Made by a program: the position numbers and the translations under genes. DNA of 64,000 nucleotides from a phage. Shown piece after piece: positions 10,901 to 20,617 of the stretch (positions are counted from its first letter, which is position 1; every line of letters starts with the position of its first letter). The notes under the pieces are model-generated. The model saw only the letters and a program-made list of their open reading frames with translations, ran no database searches and was not told the DNA's origin. The stretch lies in sequence record PZ445446.1. One strand, written 5' to 3'.

Positions 10901-13603
10901 AACGCTGTCGACCCCTATATCATCATGAGTGATCTAAGATCGAACATGGATGGAACATCCATATCTATGCAAGTTCCGGTAACAAACGGATACAAGCGTG
11001 TTGTGATGATCATTAAGTGCGATCTGATAGGTAAGCAAGTTCTTGCAGAGAACGGAACTTCCACCCACCTATTTGAGACTGCTCTGCACTATCAGTTTGC
11101 TGATTCACCTTTTGCAGGGGATAAGAGAATATCTGACACAGACGCTGTGCGATGCAAGAAATTTATGCTAGGTGGTGGGTGGTGGTGGTATGAATTTGAC
11201 TTAACAGACAAATTCACCGACACGTCTAAAGTAGTGACGGGGCTTCGTCTAGACCTTGGCGAAAACATGCACAAAAGTGTTTGTGATGGCACCTACGGTG
11301 ACCCAACAATCTACTTAAAGTATGTCTCTTTTGAGCACCCAGAGGATGTTGTTTATGGTCCAAAACTGAGACTGTTTGGCAATTGGATTGCTAAAGACAG
11401 GGTAGGTATGGGCAAGAAGGTAAGAGGCTTCTTAATGGATGCCGGTACAGAGGACATGCTAGTCAATGCAGTGTGGCCTGAATTACCTGGGACTCAGTGG
11501 AACAACTCAGCCAAATCTATAAACTGGTTCAATATCCACAGGGCTATGTGGACAACCAACTGTTACCTGTGGAAAGAGCTGAATGACGGCGCTTTCGGGT
11601 TCACAGGCGGCAGAAGAATGGCAATCATTTGCTGGACAACGTTGCAAAGATGTTATGACCATGACTACGAGATTGGAGGTAGGGCATGGAAAAATATTAG
11701 GGATAGAATCATAACCAACTTTGCAGATCCTAACGGTGGTGGAGCGTATGGCTTCGACTGCAGCAGGCTCATCCATTTGAACGGATCCTCTGCCTACAAG
11801 AAAGAAGGTTACTCTGGGTCTATGATAGAATGGGGCCTGGTGAAAGATGCTCGCGTGCTGATGGGTCAACAACTTGCTGCTGCAATAGGTCCTAATGCAG
11901 TGCAATCTGTTAAACCTGCGTGGTTTGATATCCCATTGTGGTCATCCGGTACACCAGGAACTGCTGCAATCAACCCTACCACGGGGGATCTGGAAATCTC
12001 TTGGGAGGACTTGAAGCAGGTTGGAGGCTGGGATAAAACAGGGTATCAGGTCCAGTGGTGGAGGGCTGATGGATCTTTAGCCGCTGATGAGTTTGTTAAG
12101 GACAATTTCTACACCATGTCCTCTGCAAAAGCACAGCAATTATTTGGTCAGGCCACTCCGTCAACGATCACCATGTCTATGTGCTGTAAAGACAACAGGA
12201 CTGGAGCTTTGGGGCCAAGGGTTGCTAAGGTTTTCTCAGGTATTAAATGGAATCTCCCTGTTCAAAGTGTTTCATGGAAGCAAATAGGTGATAACAAGCT
12301 GCTGGTTACCCCTGCCTGTCAGTTCAACGCAACTCTTAACGTTGATCCTGCTGTTGCGGCAAACTCAGCTAAAGCTTCTGACTTCTCTGTGTCTAACACT
12401 GCTATGGCAGATGTGAGGAAGATTGACACACTGAACGCCAGAATTACCTGTAAAAACACTTATGGCACATTCCAAATCATCAACAACTTCACAGATGCTG
12501 ATTCTAAGGTAGTAAGGACAGCAAGCCAGACTCTGAGTTTAGGGACTCTGGCCTATGCGGCCCTGATCACCGAACAGTCGGCAACACTCCAAGGAGGCGG
12601 TGTAGGCAAGTCCATTGCAACACCTGTGTGGAAGCCGAATGAGTGGGTTGTGTTTGATTTGACTGTGGACTTCTCCAGTGATAATAACTGGACATGGGTA
12701 AGGAATTGTTTGTCACAGTTGATGGGCGGTCCAAGCTCCATTAGCGATAGTCACGACTCTACTGACCCGAGCGTGTTCCAGGTGGGTAAAACTCACCCAG
12801 AGACTGGAGAAACGTTGCCTGACAGGAAGTATGCTTTGGTTTGCATCTCTTACGGGAAGGCAGATGTCACCTTCTCAGGGACACACACTTATAACGGAAC
12901 CTACAACTTCTCAAGGAAGTATAGTCTCAAAGCAGGGAACATTGTAGACGAGGTTGGTGTGCTGTATAATCCAGGTAACGGCATAGGGATTGTGGGTGGT
13001 AAACTGCAGATGCAGGAACCTTCTATTACCCCTTCCAACGTATCCGGTATTAGAAAGACTTGGGAAAGTAGTAATACCAACATTGCAACAGTGGATGCTG
13101 CCACAGGGCTGGTAACATTTAAAGCTACTGGGAATGTCACCATAAAGTTTGTAGTTACAGATGATGCAGGGCGCAAAACGTCTTCAACATCTTTTACTGT
13201 CAAACAGATGGCACCACAGTGGAGAATGTGGATAGGTACAGCAACAAACGGGGCATACCCTAATCCGGCAGGTACTTCTGGTATGAAGACTTTCTCTACA
13301 AGCAAACCGATGGAGTACGGCAGCGGTCCTAAGGTAGGGCAGATGGTGTACTTTGGTGCGTATATTCCTGAAATTATAGGGCTTCCGAGAAGTCAGCTTC
13401 AGTTGCTGTTTGGGGCTGGTGTTGACGATCTTGCCACTTTCGGGTATAGCGACAACATCGAGGCTGCAAGGAGTTCAGGATGGGTAGGGTTCAGAATGGA
13501 GTCTGGAAAGGAAGGCAGGATTCTAGGGACAGCCTCTATAGGTGTTATGTTCCCTGGTGACCAGCAGTATCGTCTAGAAGCCTACGCAACCTTTTCTCGT
13601 TAA
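7967..13603 (+). CDS. giant tail-associated structural protein with Ig-like domain
   Basis: 1878 aa; beta-rich W/Y/N/G composition; C-proximal segment resembling bacterial Ig-like (Big_2-type) fold; followed by strong terminator. Confidence 0.55.
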   Translation: MLPIPLLKLGRHFLDKRGGIKELAVLSYPIDNSDGTSNTVSYVNSLAILFDDGQLNITGYNRFGECRTGDLDTINYPNEAAWNVDHVWRADRAFVIRTFDNKFFYIGCTAGLIGSEAAGGNDVCVREWTPLPEQIVTGLHLDTHPERLVEVMGGVNNTVWVIAAPEADGMLHLYGSGNNTYGSLHVDKNQHATPVKIGETSENPETGPWKNPSINCEVHDNSVIFGGPRGFWIAGYDFLRNNSRNDLVWPPVQITRNDLRGIPADEEWKGFMCGPNGAIIATQRMHRPDDQQLVNVFYGQNIWGDDTWRELNITYTHEVIMARGYGTSGIFFNNGTKQYRGFSRNLCNDIGAQSANNSPRSDFIHYQALATAKYVEQRLPVSWTESVYFQGIHREGFLGTFTVVNGKLWWSGIPRGSFAGSNNLFGGRLNSQGFTEVPENWYKNVPVDSWGVEDIFDVNGVSSVSNIYIGDTVKMKLKPQPEGATFIIDKIELVNAAGTVVTDANYQFSTNWNHGGANEVVVTQYNRNVNRRGLYSVKITYHDKHGTGRTHTTRTLNWNTIVPAYPSNGKWHTVGRNKQFHVNDTVYFGLNAAQPAVEGDTSYIVRLHRMDAGSVTYDVTQEIYDQRRTTYDNVVKTQALWEFNPNGRGGKMLQVNEQNGTSLTVHEHPDPWPDPGKPNSGARTLKIVSHDAGYFGIRWEATVRYADGTTNNIGITLDGTSEDNSLKIAYTPRGISIDNIDVVRNGYGDVNVKVTLGEHLGGERIIMYAFDHDPRTNGTYANQAWSYLINAPEPNTKEFYYGMKRDVCKKTGTHDWIAICVKDERTAWDEPVNRWFIGIPTRSDKYVAEYIVCMGGTNLNMCWNEDVNKYSDYDYMRDYSCNLWFNQTTGYPPRQARVNPAIFTDTQVFLTKQANEVQTFKNKYDPNKWFYNCYGAFFWGPGELPGGGSCFEAATYASDRFMGQVKKYKIIPGPETLGNAVDPYIIMSDLRSNMDGTSISMQVPVTNGYKRVVMIIKCDLIGKQVLAENGTSTHLFETALHYQFADSPFAGDKRISDTDAVRCKKFMLGGGWWWYEFDLTDKFTDTSKVVTGLRLDLGENMHKSVCDGTYGDPTIYLKYVSFEHPEDVVYGPKLRLFGNWIAKDRVGMGKKVRGFLMDAGTEDMLVNAVWPELPGTQWNNSAKSINWFNIHRAMWTTNCYLWKELNDGAFGFTGGRRMAIICWTTLQRCYDHDYEIGGRAWKNIRDRIITNFADPNGGGAYGFDCSRLIHLNGSSAYKKEGYSGSMIEWGLVKDARVLMGQQLAAAIGPNAVQSVKPAWFDIPLWSSGTPGTAAINPTTGDLEISWEDLKQVGGWDKTGYQVQWWRADGSLAADEFVKDNFYTMSSAKAQQLFGQATPSTITMSMCCKDNRTGALGPRVAKVFSGIKWNLPVQSVSWKQIGDNKLLVTPACQFNATLNVDPAVAANSAKASDFSVSNTAMADVRKIDTLNARITCKNTYGTFQIINNFTDADSKVVRTASQTLSLGTLAYAALITEQSATLQGGGVGKSIATPVWKPNEWVVFDLTVDFSSDNNWTWVRNCLSQLMGGPSSISDSHDSTDPSVFQVGKTHPETGETLPDRKYALVCISYGKADVTFSGTHTYNGTYNFSRKYSLKAGNIVDEVGVLYNPGNGIGIVGGKLQMQEPSITPSNVSGIRKTWESSNTNIATVDAATGLVTFKATGNVTIKFVVTDDAGRKTSSTSFTVKQMAPQWRMWIGTATNGAYPNPAGTSGMKTFSTSKPMEYGSGPKVGQMVYFGAYIPEIIGLPRSQLQLLFGAGVDDLATFGYSDNIEAARSSGWVGFRMESGKEGRILGTASIGVMFPGDQQYRLEAYATFSR

Positions 13604-13616
13604 CAAGGGGGTAAAT

Positions 13617-13646
13617 AAAAAGGGGCCAAACGGCCCCTTTCTTTTT
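13617..13646. terminator. bidirectional intrinsic terminator
   Basis: AAAAA-GGGGCC-aaac-GGCCCC-TTTCTTTTT between convergent genes. Confidence 0.7.
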
Positions 13647-13650
13647 ATAG

Positions 13651-13851
13651 TTAGTAATACTCCCAACATGCCCCATCTTCAGACGGCTTGACGCGCTTAC
13701 CTTTATGGTCAACATAGGTATAGCCACAACCTTCACAAATAACAGGTGCTGCATAGCCTTCCTTCCACTGATCCTCAGTGATCAATCCTTTCAGATCTCC
13801 GCAGTCACGACCAAACAACTCTTCAGAACAGTCTTTACAAAAATCAGCCAT
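13651..13851 (-). CDS. small zinc-ribbon protein
   Basis: 66 aa with CxxC…CxxC pairs (CKDC…CEGC). Confidence 0.4.
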   Translation of the reverse strand: MADFCKDCSEELFGRDCGDLKGLITEDQWKEGYAAPVICEGCGYTYVDHKGKRVKPSEDGACWEYY

Positions 13852-13920
13852 CTCTATCAGTCTCCATATTTAACCAATCTATATTACATATTGCCGAAGA
13901 AACAGTATTTCATTTCATCA

Positions 13921-14139
13921 TCACAGATCTCCAACAACTTCCCAAATACCCCAGTGAGCATCTATATCCTTGATAAAGTATCTTTCTCCACGGTTTGTCC
14001 ACACACCTATCCCAACTTTACCATCTATCCCATTGTATACATCTGCCTCATACTCTTTGCCCGGTGTAAAGTGTACACCCATCATAAGGGCTGTTATTCC
14101 ATTAGGATTTTTAAATTTAACAAATTTTACTTTGCTCAT
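13921..14139 (-). CDS. hypothetical protein
   Basis: 72-aa ORF in tight minus-strand array. Confidence 0.4.
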   Translation of the reverse strand: MSKVKFVKFKNPNGITALMMGVHFTPGKEYEADVYNGIDGKVGIGVWTNRGERYFIKDIDAHWGIWEVVGDL

Positions 14140-14140
14140 A

Positions 14141-14470
14141 TTACTTAATCCTTGCAGTTACAGTAGCGCTATACCCCATGTAGTTATGAGACATAAAGAA
14201 TGTAAGCCCTTTAAGTTCAGGATTCTTTCTAAGAAATCGTTTCAATTTTCGAATGCAATTAACACCATGATCATAGTTTGAGAAATTAAATTTAATACCC
14301 TGCTCCATCATAGTGCACACTTCTTCATGGGTATGCCATTGTCTATCGTGGTCACAAAACCAGTAACCAATACCTTCTTTTTCTTGGATATGCAATCCCC
14401 AAAATACTTTATGCATTGGATATTTTGGTTTTCTACCATGATAATGTAGTTTAATATTCACATGTGCCAT
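14141..14470 (-). CDS. hypothetical protein
   Basis: 109-aa ORF; His/Cys-rich; promoter-like region upstream on minus strand. Confidence 0.4.
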   Translation of the reverse strand: MAHVNIKLHYHGRKPKYPMHKVFWGLHIQEKEGIGYWFCDHDRQWHTHEEVCTMMEQGIKFNFSNYDHGVNCIRKLKRFLRKNPELKGLTFFMSHNYMGYSATVTARIK

Positions 14471-14639
14471 TTTTTTGTTACTCCGTTCTATATCTGTGAT
14501 AATGAGAATAGCAAACTGGGGTGTGTGCTGTCAACAACATTTTTAAGCGTTTTGGGGAAGTTTTTTGAAAGGTGGGTGTAATCACAAGAGAGGGTGGAGT
14601 TATTGAAGGCACAGGCCTCTTTTGAGGCCTTAAAATCGA

Positions 14640-15020
14640 TTATGACACTTTGACGTAGCGCTCTGACAGAGCTGGAAAGCCAAAAGCAGTACCTATACTA
14701 CCGTATGCTACCCACCATTGAAGTTCATCGTGACACCATTTTCCGATCAGGAAGGTGCTGGGGTAGCGGGTCAGTATTTTGGCATAAGCTTTAGGGTCTG
14801 CATCTTCTGGGATAATGATACTTGGAACATCTTTGTTATGGCCACAGCAGCAGTTTAGAGTTTTCAATCCTGCCGCCCATAGACTCATGATAGGCTTAGC
14901 CATGCACTTATCAAGGCACACACGTTTTTTGCCGTCACGGAGCTTTTTAGGCACATCAACGATAACATTTTGATGCTTGGCACCTTTCACTTTCCAATTA
15001 TAGGATTTACACTTGCACAT
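14640..15020 (-). CDS. hypothetical Cys-rich protein
   Basis: 126 aa with several Cys clusters (CKCK, CLDKC, NCCCGH); possible metal-binding. Confidence 0.4.
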   Translation of the reverse strand: MCKCKSYNWKVKGAKHQNVIVDVPKKLRDGKKRVCLDKCMAKPIMSLWAAGLKTLNCCCGHNKDVPSIIIPEDADPKAYAKILTRYPSTFLIGKWCHDELQWWVAYGSIGTAFGFPALSERYVKVS

Positions 15021-15217
15021 TTAATCAGTCTCCATCTAGAAAGCAATACTTTACTTAAAATCTTTGTCACCTATTACGATTGCACGAATCCACTCATTGT
15101 GATGTTCAATGGCGGTAAGGTGTAACATAATGCAGTGATTGTCATTACCAAACACGGTGCGGTAAGCTTTAGCAGCACCATGATATAACTTCCACATCAG
15201 GTAATGATATCTTCGCC

Positions 15218-15697
15218 TCATGGCTCTTTCTCCGGTTCAGGATCTGGGTAATCTTCAATAATAAAGGGCCATCCGTTCCGCTTAGCCTCAGACTTGTACT
15301 CAATCTCCTTCATTGCAAACTCTAACTGATTTTTAGCCGGAATACATGCCGGAGAATCATCAACCCAGATATCTGGGTAGATATCAAACTGCGCCAGGTA
15401 GGCTGCCTTCTGAACACCGCCAGTATAAAACACACCAACATCGAGCTCCTTGCGCCAATACTCAATGTCCACATTGTCTTGAGTAATGAATCGGAAAGTC
15501 ACAAGGTATACTGTCCACCCCTCCTTCTTCAGGTCCCTGATCAGGCGGGAGAAGATGAAAGGGCTCGCATTAAACGTTCCATCAAAGTCAATGGCAATGA
15601 TGTGAGTGCCGTGGCGAGTCTCATATGGATTGCTTGTGGTAAGATTGCTGTAGTTAAAAGGGACCTCTTCCCCGCAGTAGCTGTAGTCCATATTCAC
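15218..15697 (-). CDS. HAD-superfamily phosphatase (5'-nucleotidase-like)
   Basis: 159 aa; motif I IAIDFDGT (DxDGT) and C-terminal WVDD; HAD-type nucleotidase pattern. Confidence 0.55.
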   Translation of the reverse strand: MNMDYSYCGEEVPFNYSNLTTSNPYETRHGTHIIAIDFDGTFNASPFIFSRLIRDLKKEGWTVYLVTFRFITQDNVDIEYWRKELDVGVFYTGGVQKAAYLAQFDIYPDIWVDDSPACIPAKNQLEFAMKEIEYKSEAKRNGWPFIIEDYPDPEPEKEP

Positions 15698-15969
15698 ACC
15701 TTCTCGTTGATAAATTTACGGGCGGTTTGGTGAGTTGTTTCTGCTGTCTTCAGAATAATATTAATTTTATCGTCAAGATCATTCATCTCAGCAGTTAATT
15801 CAGGAATCTCTCCGGCATGCATAGTGAAATCATACATAGACATGCCAAGAATCTCATTGATTCGGCGGTTGCATTCTGCAGCACGCTGGTTCATTTTCCA
15901 AGCTAACACCAGAGCCTCTTGCGTAGCCTCCAGTGCAAAGTCTAATACGTCAGCTTCTTCTTTCGTCAT
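15694..15969 (-). CDS. hypothetical protein
   Basis: 91-aa ORF, stop/start overlap with neighbour. Confidence 0.4.
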   Translation of the reverse strand: MTKEEADVLDFALEATQEALVLAWKMNQRAAECNRRINEILGMSMYDFTMHAGEIPELTAEMNDLDDKINIILKTAETTHQTARKFINEKV

Positions 15970-16024
15970 CTCAGTCTCTCTTGTTGTATTGTTGGTAGGT
16001 GCATGAACACCTTATATCTCACTT

Positions 16025-16591
16025 TTATTCAAACTGCAATAGTAAGTCCACCACCGCGCTAGGTCTGTCAACAAATTCCCCAGGTCCACATGCCCACAGA
16101 GGGTATCCGTCTACATACCGCCAAATCCAACCTGCAGTGTGTAGCTCAAGCAGGGCAGTACCGTCCTTACTGTCAACCACTCTTTCCCACAGTGTTGGGC
16201 AGCGAAGCTTGAGAATCGGATCACCTCCCTTATACCCGTCCATATAGATACCCATTGCAAAGTTCAGCATCATCTTTTTGTGCACTGATCTCTTACTGAG
16301 AGTGCTCATCACTTCCTCTTTGTGAATGTTTGTAAGCTTCTCTTTGGCTACCCGCAGATCGTTGCAACCATTGTTCAGCAGATCTTCCAGACACTTGATC
16401 CGAAGGTCGTGAATGTCTTTGTCGTGTACCGTTGGCACAGGGTCGTAGCGGTATAGCACTGTTGATACAAGGTTGCTCGGGTGTGGGTCTGACAGCAACC
16501 CATAACCCCAATACTCTTCTGTATCTGAAAGGACAAGACACCCAATGTCTCTGTCAAGCTTTCCTGTGTTGTAAGCCACATTGACCGCCAT
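16025..16591 (-). CDS. hypothetical protein
   Basis: 188-aa ORF in minus-strand array. Confidence 0.45.
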   Translation of the reverse strand: MAVNVAYNTGKLDRDIGCLVLSDTEEYWGYGLLSDPHPSNLVSTVLYRYDPVPTVHDKDIHDLRIKCLEDLLNNGCNDLRVAKEKLTNIHKEEVMSTLSKRSVHKKMMLNFAMGIYMDGYKGGDPILKLRCPTLWERVVDSKDGTALLELHTAGWIWRYVDGYPLWACGPGEFVDRPSAVVDLLLQFE

Positions 16592-16593
16592 GA

Positions 16594-16839
16594 CTATAGC
16601 TCCACTAACAAAGTGCTTTCAAAGTGCCGTTCATGCAGACCGTTGTAAGGGACCACTTCTACAACGCCATCACGGACATATGGGGCCATCATGGTGGTAT
16701 AATCTCCAAACGGGTTGGTATTGTCACTAACCACAACCACCTTCTGCCCTTCCTTGGCAGAGTGCCAAATAGATCTGCACTTCATCAGGTGTTCTAGAGC
16801 TCCAGGTAAAATTTTGTTACGTTCTTTACGGGTCTTCAT
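16594..16839 (-). CDS. hypothetical protein
   Basis: 81-aa ORF, tightly packed. Confidence 0.4.
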   Translation of the reverse strand: MKTRKERNKILPGALEHLMKCRSIWHSAKEGQKVVVVSDNTNPFGDYTTMMAPYVRDGVVEVVPYNGLHERHFESTLLVEL

Positions 16840-17285
16840 AACAGGTATAGCTCCTTATGAAAGTGGTCTTTTAATTTCTCACTGAGAAACCTCTTGATAC
16901 CTTCCTCTAAAGTGTTTTCGATGTAGTCCAGCTTAACCGCTTCGATGGACATATCATAGATCGCCAGCTCTAAGCTGTCAAGTCCCATCATAGCATGAAC
17001 CATAAGATTTTCATCTTCAGATACATTCAGGGGACTTCCTATAACATCTGTAGGTAGGATAGTTTCCCAATTATTCTGGGGGGTAGTTCTCCCACCCTCC
17101 ACTTTACGGCGCAGTTCGAAGGTGTTCTTAGTGTAGAACACTTCATAAGAAACGATACGACTATCGCTCTCATAATAAACGAAGTTCAGGTAGGAGCCTA
17201 GCCGCAGTCGGCAAACTTCTACCCCAAACCATTGTTTCTTATAAGAATTCAGGCTAATGCTGTCGCATTCACGCTTGCTCAACAC
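16836..17285 (-). CDS. hypothetical protein
   Basis: 149-aa ORF, overlapping stop/start. Confidence 0.45.
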   Translation of the reverse strand: MLSKRECDSISLNSYKKQWFGVEVCRLRLGSYLNFVYYESDSRIVSYEVFYTKNTFELRRKVEGGRTTPQNNWETILPTDVIGSPLNVSEDENLMVHAMMGLDSLELAIYDMSIEAVKLDYIENTLEEGIKRFLSEKLKDHFHKELYLL

Positions 17286-17301
17286 GGCTATCTCCTTTTT
17301 G

Positions 17302-17535
17302 TTAATCTTCGTAAATCAGGATCTCTGCTTTAGGTTTTCGTGCTTTCAGGTCCAGCTCTATCCAGTGCACCATAGCTGTTTCAAGAAAAACAGCCTGTAT
17401 GCATCCGTCTTCAGCGTGCCCTACCAGCATAACAAGATCTTCACCTTCATCATCTGCATCACGAACATACAAAATCTCTCCAGATTCAAAGTCTTTCACA
17501 ACCTGATTGCTGGATAATTTACGAATTTTTGCCAT
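17302..17535 (-). CDS. hypothetical small acidic protein
   Basis: 77-aa ORF. Confidence 0.4.
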   Translation of the reverse strand: MAKIRKLSSNQVVKDFESGEILYVRDADDEGEDLVMLVGHAEDGCIQAVFLETAMVHWIELDLKARKPKAEILIYED

Positions 17536-17536
17536 A

Positions 17537-17800
17537 TCAGAAACCCTCTAAAAAGCTCTTGTAGAAAATAATCTCAGTATCCACACCAGTCACGATCTTG
17601 TCGTTCCTGATTTCATCTGTAAGATAGGTGTCAAAACGCAGCACCTGTGTGGTATTGTCACACATCCACTCGGCTGTGACCATGGCAAAAATCTTAGCAT
17701 CTTCATTATCCGGTGTGAATGTTACCACCTCACCGCATTTAAACTTTTCGATAGGTTGCGTGTTAGCTTTTGGTTCTGCAATAGTGATTTTTGTAGTCAT
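17537..17800 (-). CDS. hypothetical small protein
   Basis: 87-aa ORF. Confidence 0.4.
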   Translation of the reverse strand: MTTKITIAEPKANTQPIEKFKCGEVVTFTPDNEDAKIFAMVTAEWMCDNTTQVLRFDTYLTDEIRNDKIVTGVDTEIIFYKSFLEGF

Positions 17801-18066
17801 TACTCTTCCTTCATAGTTTCACCAAATACTTCGATACGAGCGTCAAGCTCTGTTGCTTTCAGCTCCCCAACAAAATCTTTTAGTTCTTTCTCGTCCAGAT
17901 CGTAAGCCCACACACAAGAAGAACATGCAGATTTCACAATCAGCAGCGTAGATACACGACCTGACTCTGTGATCATGCTCACAATGGTTCCCACAGGGAA
18001 CGTGTTGATAGCTTTTTTAACTGGGCGTTCAGCTTTAATTACTACCTCTGTTGCCATAAATAACAT
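17800..18066 (-). CDS. hypothetical small protein
   Basis: 88-aa ORF. Confidence 0.4.
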   Translation of the reverse strand: MLFMATEVVIKAERPVKKAINTFPVGTIVSMITESGRVSTLLIVKSACSSCVWAYDLDEKELKDFVGELKATELDARIEVFGETMKEE

Positions 18067-18072
18067 CCTCTC

Positions 18073-19554
18073 TTACTTAGCGTACTCGATTAATTCCACA
18101 GTTTTACCAAAGCTAGGGATATAATTTTTATTATACCCTTCGGTGAGAACCCATAAAGTATCGTACTTTTTCCACTTGTTGTCAACAGCCTTTTGTTCAA
18201 AGTTATGCTCAAAGTATAGGTCGGTCAGGACGATGACATCTTTTGCATTTGGTATGTTGGCATCTAGATACTCGAACACGCAAGCAGCTGTTGTGCCCCA
18301 TGTTGAGTGGACCTCATAGTTGATCATTTCGTCTATGTTGCCGCGAGTATATACTTTAACCTCTCCGACTTCAGTTGACCAACAGAACATTGTAACCTTA
18401 AACTCTTTATACAGATTGCACAATCCGGTGATTTCATTGAACATTTTCTTTAAAGTTCTTTGAGAGATTGAGCCAGAAACGTCTAAAGCTACCACAATAT
18501 CTATGGTGTTTTCCGGATTACGACCAGGAACAATAACGTGCTGGTTCTTGTTTATAGCCCCAACTTTTCGCATTGTGCTGGTCAAAGACCCAGATCGGCG
18601 ACCAGGTTTTCTGTAGGTCAGTTCAGCCTTTCGTTTAGACAATATGCGTTGCTTAATAATGTCTATATAGTTGATTACAGGCTTACCTCTGTTCTTGACG
18701 AACTCACGCACCGCCTCAGGGCAACGACCTCCGGAAGCTTGCATTGCTGCCTCCAGCATGTCACCAGAGTCCTGCATGGCCTGATCTTTATCAGATTGGC
18801 TGATTACAGGTTGTGGCTGATCATACCCCATAGCCTTTCCAAGATCATCACTGGTGCCACCGTTCCCACTCATGTGATCATCGGTTTGTCGCTTATCCCC
18901 TTGAGAGTTCTCACCTTTACCGCTCTTACTTTTACCGTTATTCTGATCTCTTTGCTTATCAAGAACTGCATAAACGTTCTCAGCAATCCATCCATGAAAC
19001 TTCATGTCGCAGTAGCAGCTGGCTAAGAAGCCAAAAGGCTTACCTTCCACAAACGTAGTGCTTTTCCCCTTCGGGAAGAAAACACAAGGAGGCTTACTAA
19101 AGTCAACCACAAGACCTGTGTTGATAACGTGATCACAAGCAATATTGAACAGTTCCGGCTCAAAACTTTTACCACGGACCAGGTGATCACAGATAATATG
19201 CCCCACCTCATGTGACAGAAGAAAGGCCACCTCCTTCACAGATTTGGGGGAATAGAAAACCTCAGCCATCCCAAACTGTTCGTCAGTTAGAGAAGCCTTA
19301 AGAATAGCCCTGCGTTCATCAGCCAATCCCATAATGAACTCAGGACTGTAATAGATGCGTTTATGGTCGGTTGCCATGGTAGAGCACCATGTGTGGTTTT
19401 CTACAAACTGCAACCCTGACAGTAGCGTGCCATAAAACGGCAGCTTTTCAAGGAGATACATACGTGCAGCCTGCAACATTCTCAGGGCATCATCTTTCTG
19501 TGAGGCAATGATTTCTGAACTTCTGCTATCCATTAAAACTCCAGAAGGGGCCAA
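18073..19554 (-). CDS. zincin-like metallopeptidase / von Willebrand factor A domain protein
   Basis: 493 aa; HExxH (HEVGHIICDH) in N-terminal half; MIDAS-like VVALDVSGSIS in C-terminal half. Confidence 0.6.
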   Translation of the reverse strand: MAPSGVLMDSRSSEIIASQKDDALRMLQAARMYLLEKLPFYGTLLSGLQFVENHTWCSTMATDHKRIYYSPEFIMGLADERRAILKASLTDEQFGMAEVFYSPKSVKEVAFLLSHEVGHIICDHLVRGKSFEPELFNIACDHVINTGLVVDFSKPPCVFFPKGKSTTFVEGKPFGFLASCYCDMKFHGWIAENVYAVLDKQRDQNNGKSKSGKGENSQGDKRQTDDHMSGNGGTSDDLGKAMGYDQPQPVISQSDKDQAMQDSGDMLEAAMQASGGRCPEAVREFVKNRGKPVINYIDIIKQRILSKRKAELTYRKPGRRSGSLTSTMRKVGAINKNQHVIVPGRNPENTIDIVVALDVSGSISQRTLKKMFNEITGLCNLYKEFKVTMFCWSTEVGEVKVYTRGNIDEMINYEVHSTWGTTAACVFEYLDANIPNAKDVIVLTDLYFEHNFEQKAVDNKWKKYDTLWVLTEGYNKNYIPSFGKTVELIEYAK

Positions 19555-19566
19555 TGGCCCCTGTCA

Positions 19567-20610
19567 TTATTTAACGTGTTTGAAAATACCTGCCAACTCG
19601 GTCATTGTCATGCGGGTGGTCTTCATAAGATCTGTCATAGCTTTCTCCATAATTGGAGATACTACCATAAAGTTACCTTTGGTGAAACCTTTATTCCAGT
19701 CGGTCACTAACAGGGGCTTAAGTCCAGCTCCGAGACGTTCACCAGTTAAAGCACAGCATTTGCGAACATACGAACTCTTAAATTGGCTGAACGACAGATC
19801 AACTTTCATACCTGCATCGTAGAACGTTTGACAATAGAAAGTGTAAGCCTTAGCAACCTCAACATCATCAGGCAGTGCAGGAACCTCTTCTGCAATCTCC
19901 TCTTCGACCTCCTGAGGCTCTTTTTCCTCTTCAGAGTTCTGTTCTCCAATTTCTTCTGTCACAGTTTCGTTTACGATGTCTGAAATGTGTTTGTTGGCTG
20001 CACGATCAGCCATGAAATTTTTAAAGTCCTGCATTGGTGACATATCTTCTTCCTCTTCGTCAAAAAGTGCTAGTTTATCTTCTTCTGTCCCGTATTGCAA
20101 GATGAAATCTTCAAAAGTATAATCACCTTTCAATTTCTCCATACGCTCTTCGCTCAGGTGAAGCATCATCTGCTGGACAATTTTTCGATCAGTTTTGTCT
20201 TTTATCAATATTGCAGTCTTTTTATCTACCAGACAGTCTTTCAGAGCGTTGCACCTCAACCCTACCACACAACAATTGTCAATTGCGTAAGGACCTTCAT
20301 CATCTATCCGCTCCAGAGATGGGTAGAAAGGATTCCCCAGCCCGTTTTCATCTGTGTGCATGTCGAAAGGTATAAGAGTATAGTCGCATACCCCCTCTCC
20401 TAAAAGTTTTTTACCAAATAGGAGGTATTCTTCCCATGACAGGTTGAACTCTATATCTCGTTTCCGTGCATTATTTTGTTTGCGTCTGTATTTTTTGAGC
20501 AGGCGCTCTAACTCTTCTGGTGTATAATATTTTTCAAGATTCATGAGTTGTCTCTCGTGCTCTGTAGGTGAAGAAATCTTATCAAGTGCCTCGACAGATG
20601 TCAACCTCAA
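19567..20610 (-). CDS. hypothetical protein with acidic central region (possible His-Me finger nuclease-like motif)
   Basis: 347 aa; Glu/Asp-rich low-complexity centre; segment …NPFYPSLERIDDEGPYAIDNC… faintly HNH-like (uncertain). Confidence 0.4.
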   Translation of the reverse strand: MRLTSVEALDKISSPTEHERQLMNLEKYYTPEELERLLKKYRRKQNNARKRDIEFNLSWEEYLLFGKKLLGEGVCDYTLIPFDMHTDENGLGNPFYPSLERIDDEGPYAIDNCCVVGLRCNALKDCLVDKKTAILIKDKTDRKIVQQMMLHLSEERMEKLKGDYTFEDFILQYGTEEDKLALFDEEEEDMSPMQDFKNFMADRAANKHISDIVNETVTEEIGEQNSEEEKEPQEVEEEIAEEVPALPDDVEVAKAYTFYCQTFYDAGMKVDLSFSQFKSSYVRKCCALTGERLGAGLKPLLVTDWNKGFTKGNFMVVSPIMEKAMTDLMKTTRMTMTELAGIFKHVK

Positions 20611-20617
20611 AAACGTG

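Noticed and set aside
8102-12741. Multiple minus-strand ORFs (for example 8102-9145, 9197-10408) inside the giant structural gene
   Set aside because: Fully embedded antisense in a strongly coding + strand gene; typical shadow ORFs.
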